64,000 bases of DNA from Octopus vulgaris (taxonomy: Eukaryota). Below are positions 1 to 14,087 of this stretch, piece after piece; position 1 is the stretch's first letter; every line of letters begins with the position of its first letter. Under the pieces are notes generated by a model. That model was not told where the DNA came from. It made no database searches and was given only the letters and a program-made list of their open reading frames with translations. The stretch lies in assembly GCA_951406725.2 (NCBI GenBank), contig OX597838.1, positions 5,580,001-5,644,000 on the forward strand. The letters are read 5' to 3'. The position numbers and the translations under genes are program-made.

Positions 1-1334
1 AGATTTAAAAAATAGTTAATGTAAAGTCTTTTAAATATTAAACTAACAGACTTCAATGGAGAAGATTGTATAGAGGCAGAGTTAGAGAGAGATATAGATA
101 TAGATGTTTGCGTATGTCTAGCTGCGTGGGTGTAACGTATGCTTTTACTTGCTTTAAAGGTTGCAGTTGTAAATCGAAGTAAATATAATTTTAAACTCTT
201 TGACATATTAAGATTAAAAAAATAGTAATAATCCTGTTAAAGAGATAGCAGTTAGAAGTTTAAAAGAGATTAACAAAACTAAAAATAAAAATCGGGATTT
301 GTAAGTAACCTTAGTTCATTTGTCCCTTAGCTGCAACTTTTCCCACACCAAACATGTTTCCATCTTATTGTGTAATCTCAGCAAAAGCTGTTTCAATTAA
401 TGGTTGCCAAGATCTCACAACATCTAATAGAAAATGTAATTGGTGCAGAGAATATTCAGCGATTGAGCAAATTAAAAATAACGACGTTGGATAATTTCCC
501 AAATTCCCTTGTGCATAAACATTATATTTAAATAAAAGCGACCCTATTTGACGTGCTGGAGCGAAACTAATTTTTAATTGCTATTAAATTCTTATGAGAA
601 ATAAAGTCAATGGCGTTAATTAATATGATATATTCTTTTACTATCTATTTGGTTACAGCCGTCTTATTGTACATACACTGGAGCATTGCCAGGAAGTTTA
701 TTTCACACTTGTAATGAAAATGTGATGAATGAGAGGCTTTCAACCGTACCTGTTTTATTGTAACTCTTGCTGTGCAACAAAATTATCGGTCGTTATGCAC
801 AACACTACGTACAAATCTTTTTTGCAAGTGTTGACATGTAAACGACGTATGAAATATTAAATAGCCATTTCGTTTAATTGTTTTGCAATAGATTGCTGTG
901 ATACTCAATAGTGAGAGATGATTTCTTTCAACAATTCATTGGCATTTATTGCTTGGTGATGGCACCAGACCTTCCAAGAGCTTTTCGAGCAGATAACTAT
1001 GTATCGTTCCCTTATTTTTTTAATTTCCAGGGAATATAGCTCAACACCATATATCCACTGAACATGCAAGTATAACGTAACGGAGGTTTTACACGTTGTT
1101 GCTACATTGATGCCATGCGTTAATTAAAGAGATAACATTATGTCAAGCAATTCAAATATCCCCAAAATTTCTGAGTCTAGGACAAGAATCATTCCATGGC
1201 ATCTATGCCAACGTAGACTTCCGTTTCACAGGTTTTAAAACATCAGCATCGAATTTCATCCAATTTGTATCAGTGAATCTTTGTAAAAGAGTATCTAATT
1301 TCATGTACATTAAAAAACGTACAAAAACATCTAG

Positions 1335-1545
1335 AGGTTATTTATTGCATTTGACATAGTTAATTTACTGGATGTAACCTTAAATGTACAGGAATATACC
1401 TATAAGCCCTATAGTAAGACCAATGATAAAATTAGTTATATCAATATAGGTTCTTGTCACCCACAAATTGTTCTAAAGAATTTAATTATGATTGTCAGTA
1501 GCAGAATGTCTAACCCCTCATCTAATATAAACATATTTAACAGTG
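1335..1545 (+). pseudogene. Penelope-like element reverse transcriptase fragment
   Basis: Frame of ORF 1488 extended upstream: IVNLLDVTLNVQEYTYKPYSKTNDKISYINIGSCHPQIVLKNL...RMSNPSSNINIF, matching the PLE RT pattern VNFLDVTL..YKPY.K.N...YI...S.HP; stop at 1332. Confidence 0.8.
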
Positions 1546-1583
1546 CTGAAAGTAAAAATTCGAGAAAAAACAACTCATGTCAA

Positions 1584-1654
<71 letters not shown>

Positions 1655-2125
1655 CGACGTGCTTCGTTCCTTTTGCGCCTACCAAGTCCACCCACAAAGA
1701 TATGTTCGGCCTGTGGTTATAGTAGAAGATGCAGTAGGACTGAATCCAGGAGCAACTTGTTGGGAGACAAAATTACATACATGTATGTGTATGTAATATG
1801 ATATGGTTTGCGTTTCGCAAGTATTTTGTTTGCTATTTTGAATATATATGCAAATTTCAATGACTAAGGCTCTTCTTCTGAATACATTTATTAATATTTA
1901 TATATATATATATATATATTAATAAATGTATACACATACACACACACACACACACATATATATATATGTGTGTGTGTGTGTTTGCGTGTGTATGTTTAAA
2001 ACCCCCAGCTATGTTTAGATTCGTATATATAGCCACGCAAATACATACAAACACGCACATTTTTACATATATATATATATCCATGTATATATATATATAT
2101 ATAAACATATATGCATATATATACC

Positions 2126-2161
<36 letters not shown>

Positions 2162-2169
2162 CGTGTATC

Positions 2170-2202
<33 letters not shown>

Positions 2203-2303
2203 ATATATGCACTTCAAAGGATAAGGGCATAAACTACTCTTGACATCCTCACTATCGAGAATGCAATGAACCAAAGATTTGTCCGTTTGAAATCTTGTGC
2301 CGA

Positions 2304-2450
2304 CGACGCATTTTTCATATATATACATACATACATATATATATATATACATATTTATAATAATGATAATGTATATATATAATGCATATATATTTTTATA
2401 ATATATATATAGATACATATGTATGCACACACGCATATATATATATATAA

Positions 2451-2498
<48 letters not shown>

Positions 2499-2644
2499 GA
2501 CGCATTTTTAATATATATACATACATACATATATATATATACATATTTATAATAATGATAATGTATATATATAATGCATATATATTTTTATAATATATAT
2601 ATAGATACATATGTATGCACACACACATATATATATATATATAA

Positions 2645-2692
<48 letters not shown>
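2304..2692. repeat. Tandem duplication of a ~194-bp TA-rich unit
   Basis: Both units begin CGACGCATTTTT (2304 and 2498) and share the same interruptions. Confidence 0.85.
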
Positions 2693-2696
<4 letters not shown>

Positions 2697-3586
2697 CTTC
2701 ATCAAAGAACAAGTGGTGGGGATATGAGTCATTTAGTGCAAAATGCAAATAAATTTATAACTCAGTTGACATTAAGATAGAGAACGAAAAATAAAAATGA
2801 AAAGAGAAAAGAGAAATTAATACCACTCAACGGTCATTGAAGCGAATGAAATAAGATGAAAAAGCGTTCTACTAGCGAAGATTCTAATAAATCCGGCGGA
2901 ATTCGCATTCCGAGAAAGCAAATATTTCATTATGGACAAAGATACAATTCGTATGCAACAACAAATGTATTTACACCAAATTCATCTTCATTGTAAATTT
3001 AGCTTTCTCAGTATTTACAGACATCGTCCTATAAACTTGACGGACAACCGTTTTTAAATGCAACATTTTCGAATATATCGGACCATTTAATAGATATGAT
3101 ATTCTGACTGAACTTTTGAAAGTTACAGACTATATAAGAATGTGTGTTTCGTGGTAAATATAAGTGTGTTTAAGTCTATATGCAAATATATCTGATATAT
3201 GTGCATAATATCTACTAAACCTACACTTGCCTAATATACATATATGTGTATATTATACGTGATTTCGACTTGTACCTATATACACATTTCGCTTTGTCTA
3301 TTTTCGTCCTTTGTTCCTCGACCGTCCACTAATTCTCTCGACTTGAATCCCATTTATTTCATAGTGTATTTTTACATTCTGTATTGCATTGTTTTCTACA
3401 TTATGTCTCGTTTGTTTCTTTACTTTGTATCATGATAATCCCTTGTTCGTTTCTACGACATTTCCCAGCGCTTTCTTCCTGCCGGCTAAATCAGATAGAC
3501 CAATAATATCGTCGAAGACGCGAAATTGCATCTGACCATCTGGCCGATAACTGATTCGGTGACCGTACGTGTCTCCTATCCTTTAT

Positions 3587-3637
<51 letters not shown>

Positions 3638-3742
3638 TATGTGTGTATAGTTATGTATATATGTATATATATATGTGTGTGTGTGTACCTATATATGTAT
3701 TGCATATATATTTGTATTAATAGATATGCATATATATACATA

Positions 3743-5421
3743 CCGTATATTTCCGCGTATAAGACGACCTTTAAATCCAAAAATGTTCACCAAGAATTTG
3801 GGATGGTATTATACCACCATTCTACAAATCAAACTTTAAATTGTAACTGATTTTATGCGTAAGTTTACCTCGACCTCGGTGCAATAACCACAGACATACG
3901 TGAACAGATTAAAAAAAATAGGAAAATATAATATAGGTAATAAATACATTATTACTTTATACTTTATAATTAATAGCCTATACGAGAGGTAATTCTGTAT
4001 CATTGAAATCAACTTTTATCTATTCGAGCTCGGCTGAGAAAATGTAAACTTTGAGTTATGTTTGCGCTCTCAGTAAATTTTATCTTTCGGTAACCATTCA
4101 AAAAATTTAATGGTGATGTATAACTGTAGTAATAGCATTTAGAATCACATACTTACATTTTTCCTAAAACATCTATTTGGTGTTAAATAACACGATTTGG
4201 ATTACACACAAGCTTTATTTCTCAATAAAATCATTTTACAGTAGTTGCCATTAAAATATAAGTCAATTGAAATATTTTTCCAAACTTTTTTTATCGAGAT
4301 GCATAATATTAACAATACATCAACCCTACCGCATATATTTATCTAAATCCCATCAAATTCCTCACAATTATCACTACCTGTTTCTAAAGGTTTCCCATAG
4401 ATTTCACAAGATTAATCACATATGTTATCATCGTAAGGATTCCAGTCCGGTTCTGTTGATTCGATTTCGACTTCGTCGTCGCTATTGTACAGCATATCAT
4501 CTTCGGTACCATCCATGGCATTAGAGACACTGCATGTGTTTAAATGATTTTATCACATTTTCTACTTTAACTTTGTCTCATGCCTTTATAACAAAATTAC
4601 AAGGAACATCAAGTCAAATAGAACGCATAGCTCCACCAGTTGTAAAAGATTTTTCTCCATTCACAATCCAGCCATTGTATTTCTCTCTCCCATATTATCA
4701 TTAAAAGGTTTGTTTAAACGGACACCAAATGACTGCAGTATAGCAGTCAAACCATCAGGTATAACAGCAATACCAGTTCTAGTTACTTTGTGATCGAGAT
4801 CTCTCGGGAGTTTTGGAGCGATTTTTGCTTTCTACCTTATTATCAGATTTTTTATGTTTATAGAACGATTGCACCAGCCTATTGTTGATTTAAAATATTT
4901 TTCTTCTGTTTATTGATGGTTGCGTATTAGCATTGGTATAAAATATTTATAAATTTCCCTTGATTAGACAGTTTGTTATACTATAAGAGGTATAGTTAAA
5001 TGGGTATTAATACTACAAGTTGACTGTTACTGTTTAGAACATTTCAGTCATGTGAAACACCACACCACTGTTGTATTTTTGCCAGCGGGAGTTATGATTG
5101 CGATAAAGTTTTCATAAAGAAGAAGAATCGGGTTGCCTTTTAGACGATGTGTATGTGAAAAACATGACATAGAAACCGATTTTTTTACTACATTCATCTT
5201 AATTTCTAATGATACAGTAAGTAAAAAAAGACATACTTTTGTAATAACATCATCTTTACATGACCAATATTTCTAAAGATAACTGTTTGTTGCAAAAGCT
5301 AGCCTGTGCATAAATGGTTTTGTAATTTAGCAGTCGTGAAATATTTAGGAGATATAAGATAAATTCATGAATTCTTAACCTCGTCTTATCTAAAGTTCGA
5401 CTTATACGATGAAATATACGG
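3743..5421 (-). mobile_element. Internally deleted pogo-superfamily DNA transposon with TIRs and TA TSD
   Basis: Ends TA|CCGTATATTTCCGCGTATAAGACG and CGACTTATACGATGAAATATACGG|TA are inverted repeats; minus strand ~4420-4790 encodes IAVIPDGLTAILQSFGVRLNKPFND...GEKSFTTGGAMR...SNAMDGTEDD (POGK-like DDE_1) with frameshifts and stops. Confidence 0.88.
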
Positions 5422-6217
5422 TAAATCGTTACGTTCAAATTGTCACACTGTGCAAATGTGTGAGTGTTTGTTTGTATTTGTGTGTGTAATCCTGTATTTG
5501 TTTTAATCATGAGACCGCGAGAAGAGTGGAGTAGAAGTTTTATTTTTCTTTCCAGGCAAGAAAGATTAAAGCATTTAATTGCATTGGCTTGGTTTCAATA
5601 CCTGGACCGGGCCATGTGTTGTTTTCGTGAGCAAAGTAATTTTACTTTGGTTCTTTCCTCTCAACTTGAACACTGAGTAATCCTGCGATGGACCACTGTC
5701 CATTCGAGGAGTCGGGTATATATCCACCACAAAGTCCGACCTTATTGGTTACGATTTCGGAGGACCGTAGATCCTTTGACAGTGTTATTGTCCCACAAAA
5801 TTAATAAATGAATTCTTCAGAGAATCAGAGGTTTTTGCTATATTTTTGACATACAAATGGCATATCATACAGTGTAAGTATGTAGTGGGATCGTTAAAAC
5901 AGGGTCACTCTATTTCCAAATCCTACAGCATTTACACATGGAAGTTGGTTCCTCCAAATTTGTTTTGGTGCATAAGTCGACCTACATTCTTTGCCTGTAA
6001 ATTTCGACATGTATGGCAAAGGTACAGTTGATGATTCCTTGACGTAACTAGAGAAATATTTATAGGTATCTTAATGAGTTCAGACCACGTAGTGCCTGCC
6101 ATACTCTCAGTTGGAAAAGACTTCACACACAAATGTGGAATATTTGCAAAGTGCTAAATGTATAATGGAGTTTTGACTGCCTGCAAATACGTACAACTGA
6201 GGAAGATTCGTTTATAC

Positions 6218-6273
<56 letters not shown>

Positions 6274-6296
6274 CTATATCTATGTATCTATCTATG

Positions 6297-6406
<110 letters not shown>

Positions 6407-6428
6407 CGTGTGTGTAAGAGAGTGTGTG

Positions 6429-6499
<71 letters not shown>

Positions 6500-7732
6500 T
6501 ACGCACAGTATAGAGCGCGTAGTACACAAATAATGGTTGTGAACCTCGTTGTCATCAGAAATGCAGTTGATCAATAAATGCTTTATTGGAAACCTATAAA
6601 ATCCGACCCTGTTGTTTACAAGAGCATGGCCAATATAAAACATACAAAAATAGGCAGATTAAGAGAAAATAATCAAAGGAGAAGAATAATGTCAGTTAGT
6701 GTAAAGTATTCATAGATCGGTAACTAAGTTTATATTGGGCAAAAGAAAATAAAGAAGAGAAGAAACCGAACGAATGTCTTTCATGTGAAGTGAACAAAAT
6801 GAATACCGTAGCTCTGGTCAATATTCTAATAAATCCTCAAAAGAATTTATTTCGCATTGTCCGTCCAAGAAAGCCAACGATTTTTAAATGATTTTCGAAG
6901 ATCAAGATGAAATATGAGAACCATACTAATCACAAGAATTTGTCCGTAATTAAAGCTTTTGTTTGCTCGGGTGTTACAGTCTTTGCAAGACTAAACTTCC
7001 GTAGGATTCTTGTTAAATATTAGCAGATTTCTAATAAAACGGTCTGTTTAACTGATCAGTTGGTTTGCTATGTAAACACTTCCATGCTCGTTTATGAGTT
7101 AAATTAAGTTCATTGTTTACAAGTTTGTTTACAACGAATAAGAGGATATTAATTCATGGGGTGACGCAATATTTGAAACTAGACATTGATCTGTAACCTG
7201 AGCCACGTTTTCAATGTAGGTTTCAGTTTCTAAAATCAAAACACAAAAAATTCAGCTAGGTAGTTCGGGGTGTATGTATATATGTATGTATATGCATATG
7301 AACAGGCCTGCTTGTAATCGTTCGCTGTCTTCATTAATGCATCTACGGAGGCATGCATATTCATATATACTTCACAGGCATTCAATGATGTAGAAATGAC
7401 TGTCTGTGTGTATAACACAGACACACACGGATATAGTTATGGTACATTCGGTTGAGAACGTACCTGAGTACAGTTTAAATTCGTACACCTTCAGATTTCC
7501 CCTGCACTATCCAGGTGTAGTATTATACATACTTCCTGATTTGCGTTTGGTTAACTGTTGTGTGTGAATATATAATTTAAATAAATAATTGTAAAAATTC
7601 GGAGGCTAGAAGGAGTACGTTCGGTCACATGGCTATGATGCTCCCCCACTATATCCACTCGTGATCACAGATGCACATATCGGCGTGCTAACGGTTTTAG
7701 TAGCTCACCACCCTAACAACACCAAAACAACA

Positions 7733-7800
<68 letters not shown>

Positions 7801-8033
7801 CATTATCATCATCATCATTATTATTACTATTTTACTATTATTATTATTATTACTATTATCATAATTATTATTATTATTATTATTATTAATATTATTATTA
7901 ATATTCTTATTGTTATCATCATTAGTAATAGTAGTAAAGATGTTGCTAGTAGTGGTAGTGGTGGTGGTGGTATTAGTATTAGTAGTAGTAGTAGTAGTAG
8001 TAGTAGCAGCAGCAGCAGTGACAGTAGTAGTAA

Positions 8034-8090
<57 letters not shown>

Positions 8091-8420
8091 GTGTAGTTAT
8101 AAGAATATTTGCGATTTGGTATTTGCATTAGTGTGTTTGTTATTCATTCTGACGTGTTTGGGAGCCACGTTGTTGTAATTTCACGAAACAACAACAAATA
8201 AGGCCGAACGTGAGCACAATTAGAATGGCGCGTATTTTTCTCCCCCGGTTATTTCCGGCGTAATTCTACGGGCGTTTTGATTGACCGCACAATGAGAGGC
8301 TTGTCAAAATCAGTCGTCTGTTGATGATTGAAAATATAATTATTTTTCCTACAGCTGGATTGTTCGTTGATGCTGTATGAATATTTGGAAGGGATGATTA
8401 AAGCGTAACAAAAACTCTCT

Positions 8421-8424
8421 TTAC
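8421..8424 (-). CDS. Possible terminal exon start (CG|G TAA stop), 3' UTR continuing toward ~8100
   Basis: Acceptor cccatcaatttcAG followed by GTAA; would end the protein at ...FCCR*. Not unique: the gene may continue with other exons. Confidence 0.3.
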
Positions 8425-8739
8425 CTGAAATTGATGGGTACGCGTATAGTTCTAACTTCCACGCATTTTCTGATGTTATTTAGGGAATACGGGACAATAA
8501 CATAGTGGAGTGGAGTGATAAACTCTTTGCTTCTTACGAACTTGTTTTCAATAAATCGAGCAGAAATGATTACTGAATCATTGTATATTTTTTTTATGGA
8601 GGAATTCCAGCATTTTGTCAACGGTTGCCAAATATCACCCGCAACAATATATCTACATCAACAAAAGCACCAGCAGCAGTAGAAGCAGCAGCAAAAACAA
8701 AAAAATTACACACACACACAACTGCATTACCAGTAAACG

Positions 8740-8950
8740 AGATGATAATACGAGGTGGTATCAAAAGCACACAACTACCAACATGGCTGAAAAAGATGGG
8801 TGAAAGCGAGAAGGTAGAACACCTAGAAAAATCAGCATTGCCCCGGGAACGGTAAGAATTCTTCGCAGGGTTCTTGGCAGCATGACCAGTAAACAAGTGT
8901 CACCTTGAACAGCCGACACTTTACACCAAACCCAGCAAGATAAACAGTGA
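8740..8950 (+). mobile_element. RLE-type (R4/Dong-like) non-LTR 3' fragment
   Basis: GGIKSTQLPTWLKKMG...VEHLEKSAL/GTVRILRRVLG matches the RLE C-terminus (LQK.ALLGTARILR.VL); followed by (AAT)n. Confidence 0.65.
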
Positions 8951-8981
8951 GTTTTCATATAATAATAATGATACTAATAAT

Positions 8982-9027
<46 letters not shown>

Positions 9028-9049
9028 CATTACAATCATCATCATTATT

Positions 9050-9190
9050 ATTGTAGGTGCTATAGGTATGATAAAAATGGATGTCAGAGACATCTAGAGA
9101 AGATCCCAGGAGAACCATGTCTCAGAGAAATCCAAAATATTGTGCTGTCAAGTACTGTCGACATTCCTAGATAAACCCTATCAATTTAAC
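9050..9190 (+). mobile_element. RLE-type (R4/Dong-like) non-LTR 3' fragment, second family
   Basis: VGAIGMIK/GCQRHLEKIPGEPCLREIQNIVLSSTVDIPR; begins right after the (AAT)n/(CAT)n run. Confidence 0.7.
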
Positions 9191-9940
9191 TGTATGTGTT
9201 GCATGACATGTAGATAGTTTGCTACTTCCCCTGCCATTTACTTGATTTTAGACCCTGACATAAGCTAACCTTCTTTGCCAATTCCATAGCTGTGACGGGT
9301 GATGGTCTGGAAACTGGGACCTTTTCGTCCTTGTGTTGCATGGGCAAACATTATGAAATGCATGGCTCTACTCCAGGGAAAGTGAGTAGATTAGTGATTA
9401 GATTTTTCGGCTCACCGCTACTGCTGTTTCACACTCTCCTTGTTCCTTTCTTTTATTCTTATCTGAATTTCTCCAACCTCTTATACTGTATTCCAGTCAT
9501 TTATGCTAATTGCCATTTCCTGGCCTATTAATCGTTCGGCGGAAGCTTATAAAACTCTCTTTTCATCGCATATTCTCATCATTCATTTCATGAAGTCTCT
9601 TTTAATTGAAACATTTCTCAGCCAATGTTATAATCACAATCTTATTTACTTCATTTTCCCATTTCACTTTCATCCTTCTGTACTTTTGATTTCGATTGCG
9701 CACCTCATCAAAGATTTGATAACGACCTGCCGGATCTTGGTGAAACACTCCTTGCTTGCCATGCGCTACACCTTCATTGTTAACAGTTCCGGTCCCGTTA
9801 ACGCAGTTATGATTCTTACTTGAATGTAACATCACTCATTCTGAAGTAGTATCCACAAGGTTGTGCAATCACCAGTAGTTTTTTATCATGACATCAGCAC
9901 TGAGTTACCAATCAAGGCTCAAAGAATCTACAGCTACACT

Positions 9941-11250
9941 ATATAAACTGTCCAAAATAAGTTTAAGACCGATGATGACAATTCTATTCCTTAATCAATA
10001 TATTTTTAACAAAACTGTATAAAATTATTTTACCTTTTACAGTTTATGTAGAATTGTTTTCTTTTTTCGAATTTTCGAAGACTTTATACATCTTTCTACA
10101 ATTCCAATAATTCTAATGCGCAATTAATTCAGAGGATTAGATACTGTCGGCAAAATACGTTTAAGATCGTACAAAGATTAGGCAAATTAACAAACCTACG
10201 GGGTGGTCATATGGCTGGATGTACTGCACTGTTTTGCTTAATAATCGAACATTGTTACACATTAATTTGCTCCGGGAAATTGTCGTTGTATAAGTCCAGT
10301 TACTAGATCAAAGACCGTGTTGCTTCATCAGAAAAGTGACTCCATCATAAAACTTAGCAAGCGATTAGGATGCAGCAAATCGGTTTGTATTCAAGCATGG
10401 ACACTTTACCATGCCACTGGCCAATACAAAGATTTGCAAAGAACGGGAGCTCCCAGAAAAAAAAACAGTACAGATGGATCGGCGAATTTATGGGCTCTCT
10501 GAAGTTAACAGAATTCCAACAGCAGTAGACATTTGCAAGCAATTATCTGATGAAACTTACATCAACTTTGCACCACAAGCTGTCTGAAAGTGCCTAAAGA
10601 AAGTTGGACTGCTCAGCCGGATCGCTCGAAAGAACCCAATAATTTCTGAGACGAAGGCAGATCAATTTTGCTAAAACCCATATAGAATGGACGGCTGAAA
10701 ACTGGTCAAAAGTTCTTTGGATCGACGAAACCCGCTTCTGCATATCTGGATCAGACTGAAAGACTTATGTTAGACGCCGGAGAACTGAAAATTCTATCCT
10801 AAGTGTGTCAAGAAAACGGTGCAAGTGGAAGGGACGGGTAATGGTGTGGGCCTTGTACAGCAGCATATATATTAGGTCCATTTGTTAAGGTTGATAACAG
10901 ACTGAACTGTGTAGGCTATCTGCGATTAATAAATGAAACTATGCAGCCTTATCTAAATAAACAGATGTCATCGGGATCTATTTTCCATTAGGAAAATTGC
11001 CCCGTTCATTAGGCTAGGAAAGTTTTGCAATATTTTGAGCGCAATACTATGGCGGTTATTGAGTGTCTCACGTAGAGCCCGGATATTAATGCGATAGAAA
11101 ATTTATGGAACTATGTCCATGAAAGAGTTCATAAGAAAAAGAAAAAAAAACCAACAAATTTGCTCCTAATATATAATTTTATTGCCATCGTCCACAACAA
11201 GCTCGCTTGGTGGTTTGACCGATTTTGTCGCCGACAGACCGATCATTAGT
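9941..11250 (+). mobile_element. Degraded Tc1 (DD34E) transposon; transposase pseudogene ~10290-11160
   Basis: RTGAPRK, WTAENWSKVLWIDETRF, VMVW, GPFVKVDNRLN, IFH*ENCPVH and SPDINAIENLW, with stops and frameshifts; related motifs at 9941 and 10141 look like outer/inner direct repeats of a left TIR. Confidence 0.88.
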
Positions 11251-11260
11251 ATACAATTTT

Positions 11261-11651
11261 CTCTTTTACTTGTTTCAGTCATTTGACTGCGGCCATGCTG
11301 GAGCACCGCCTTTAGTCGAGCAAATCGACTCCAGGACTTATTCTTTGTAAGCCCAGTACTTATTCTATCGGTCTCTTTTGCCGAACCGTTAAGTGACGGG
11401 GACGTAAACACACCAGCATCGGTTGTCAAGCAATGCTAGGGGGACAAACACATACACACACTTATATATATATATATATACATATATACGACAGGCTTCT
11501 TTCAGTTTCCGTCTACCAAATCCACTCACAAGGCATTAGTCTACCCAGGGCTATAGCAGAAGACACTTGCCCAAGATGCCACGCAGTGGACTGAACCCTG
11601 AACCATGTGGTTGGTTAGCAAGCTACTTACCACACAGTCACTCCTGCGCCT
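11261..11651 (-). mobile_element. SINE family A (tRNA head, CORE-like segment, internal (TA)n, LINE-like tail)
   Basis: Near-identical to copies at 32679, 37157 and 38011; head with A/B boxes (B box GGTTCAGTCC); CATCTTGGGCAAGTG core-like motif. Confidence 0.92.
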
Positions 11652-11691
11652 ATTATGTTTATTCTTAAACCTAATTACAAAACACACTCAC

Positions 11692-11720
11692 CGACAGCAG
11701 AATCTCGCCGGACCTTCTCG
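11692..11720 (-). CDS. Putative 29-nt microexon 8 (REGPARFCC-R)
   Basis: Acceptor tgttttcttttgctggtttAG; donor TCG|gtgagt; phase 0 to 2. Confidence 0.62.
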
Positions 11721-11961
11721 CTAAACCAGCAAAAGAAAACAATTACAAACTATAGAACTGAGATTCCCCCTCCTCGCTATTACTCACCATTACTGCTTGG
11801 TTTAACACGTTTAACTTAGTATTATTTTTAAATATCATTGCTACTCTAGTTATAATAATTAATATTCCCATCCTCGCCACAACTACTACCACTCTCATTA
11901 TTATTTGTACTGACACTGACACTTTTACTCTCACTATCACTATTTTCCCACAATTCCTTAC

Positions 11962-12049
11962 CACAATCCTTCTCAAGATTTCCGGCATAGATGGTGATGT
12001 TGGAATTGAGAGGAGACACCGCCGAAAATCCTGCACATTTTCAAGGTGG
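11962..12049 (-). CDS. Putative coding exon 7 (88 nt, T-HLENVQDFRRCLLSIPTSPSMPEILRRIV)
   Basis: Acceptor tcttacttatatcAG; donor GTG|gtaagg; open only in phase 2 to 0, which is the phase left by exon 6; H-x-x-NV matches the CG-1 end (HYLNV). Confidence 0.72.
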
Positions 12050-12585
12050 CTGATATAAGTAAGACCCAATATAAATTTAAATTATCATATGAAATTCATT
12101 GAGGAAAAGAAAGCAAATACACACAAAAAAAAGGATTTATACTGTTATTGTACATGTAAAAAAAAGTAAAGAAATGATCATACCGAGTCTTTAATTTCCT
12201 GCTTACGATACCATTGGCACAAGCTGCCACGATAGGGCCAGGCAAAAGAGAAAAACGGTATATGAATATTTAAATACAATGTACTATTCTCAGACAGAGC
12301 GATGTGAATATTTAAAAGGCCTAGTACTATTCTGAGACAGAGAGTCAGCAAGGGAAAAACGATTCATGAATTTTTAAATAACTAGACCTCTGTGACACAG
12401 GGAGAGCCAGCAAACCTTCCGATGCTGATGAGAAACTAAAATTGTATTGGTATTATTATTATTATTATTTTATTATTATTGTTGTTGTTGTTGTTGTTGT
12501 TGTTATTATTATTATTGTATAACTCATCTTCTTGTTCTTCCTCTTGTTGTTGTTGTTGTTCTTGTTGTTGTTGTTATCATTATTA

Positions 12586-12643
<58 letters not shown>

Positions 12644-13839
12644 CATTACGCGAGTAGCTAAGGCTATTCTTACTGTAAACATTCGTAGAGAAGTCGTAAC
12701 TTCATTTTCAATCTTACGTTATTTTCTTCAGAGCAAATTGTTTTTTTCATTATTTACAATGTCGAGAAATGTGTTTGCTATAGTTCTAGATTTATAGACC
12801 ATACCGCTACAAGACGCCATTTTGACAATTCAGAAATGAAGAAACTAATTTCTTTTCATAAAGAATTGTTTTTTCTTCAACCGCATAAAAAAAAAAATGG
12901 AATAAGCAAAAGGAAAAAGAAAAACTGCAAGAATAAAATAAAGTACTTTTGCGTTAGTGTTTCGCGTAAAAATAAATACATTTCTACTTAAATGTAGTTC
13001 ATACGGAAGACATGATAACAAGGCTTGACAGGGCAAAAAGAGAAGAAATGTAGAAGTGAGGAAAAAACCGAAGGAGGAATAAGATGGAAGAGAAGAATAA
13101 GCGAAAGAATATAAAGGAAGAGAAAGAGGAAGGCGTACGAATAGGAGGAGAAGAAAACAGGAGGGGGAGAGAATGAGTAAGAAGAAGGAGTTGGAAGGGC
13201 TAGATGAGAAGAATGTAAAGAATGGAGAAAGAATAAGAAAAGAAGAAAAGAAGGAACAAGGAACAAAGGAAAAAAGGAGAGGAAAAGAAGGAGGAGAAGA
13301 AGAAGAAAAAGAAGAAGAAGACGATGATGATGATGATGATGATGAAGAAGGTATAGTATACGAAAGAAAAATGAAATGTGTAAGAAAATTGGAAGAAATA
13401 ACATTAAAATGGGAATTGAGAAGAATATGAAGGAATACTAGCACAAAAAAGGTGAGTTTCTAATTATAAGGTGAGTTTCTAATTAAGTGCATACGTGAAG
13501 AAAATTAAGGAGAGCACTTTAGTCAGCACCAGAGACCAAGTATTTGACTGTTACTTAATTTTAACTGTGCCAACAGGATGAAATGTAAAGTTGACGGTGA
13601 ACAATTTTGAACTCAGCTCTTTAAGCTACCCAAAGGAATAATTCAACGCAGTTCCCCAACTACAAAAGGGTTCGCTTTTTTTATTTTTTATTTCGTAACC
13701 CTAACCACCACAACTAAAACGTACCATGGTAAAAAGAAAATAATTCAATAGACATACACGTTGAATCAGTCTTTTGTGAAGATCACATTGTGGTAAAGGC
13801 ATAATGCTTTAAATAATTCTCATTTAGTTTTATTATTTT

Positions 13840-14087
13840 GGTGAAGGCGCGAGGATCCGTATTTTGGGTGCTGAGCTTATCATTGTATGATTGCGGTTTT
13901 GATTTCTGAACCGGAGTAAGTGTTTTTGTTCGTGAGCGAAACGCTTCATTTCATGTTACCCCAGTAAACTCCGCTGCCAAATGTGAGTAAACTTGCGATG
14001 CACGGGCGTCCCATCCAAGTACAGAGTATACACACTACAGAGTCCAGGAAACCGGCCTTATGAGCTTATGGCTCGAGAAGAACCTCT
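13840..14087 (+). mobile_element. Old SINE family D (V/Meta-core-like); relatives at ~5560-5770 (+) and ~26340-26527 (-)
   Basis: Degenerate tRNA head plus a TGCGATG-[GC]AC..CGTCCCATCCA-like core in all three copies; GAAACCGG..CC[TC]TATGA 3' part in the 13840 and 26340 copies. Confidence 0.55.

Noticed and set aside
750-769. 20-nt minus-strand candidate exon (ttgcacAG...CAG|gtacgg)
   Set aside because: Phase fits after exon 8, but there is no homology support and no following exon was found.
850-1050. Possible Tc1/mariner N-terminal relic (VSQQSIAKQLNEM) on minus
   Set aside because: No catalytic motifs or TIRs found.
3430-3560. Minus-strand FRVFDDIIGLSDLAG as an RTE RT relic
   Set aside because: Only loose similarity to LRFADDIDGLAG; too short to call.
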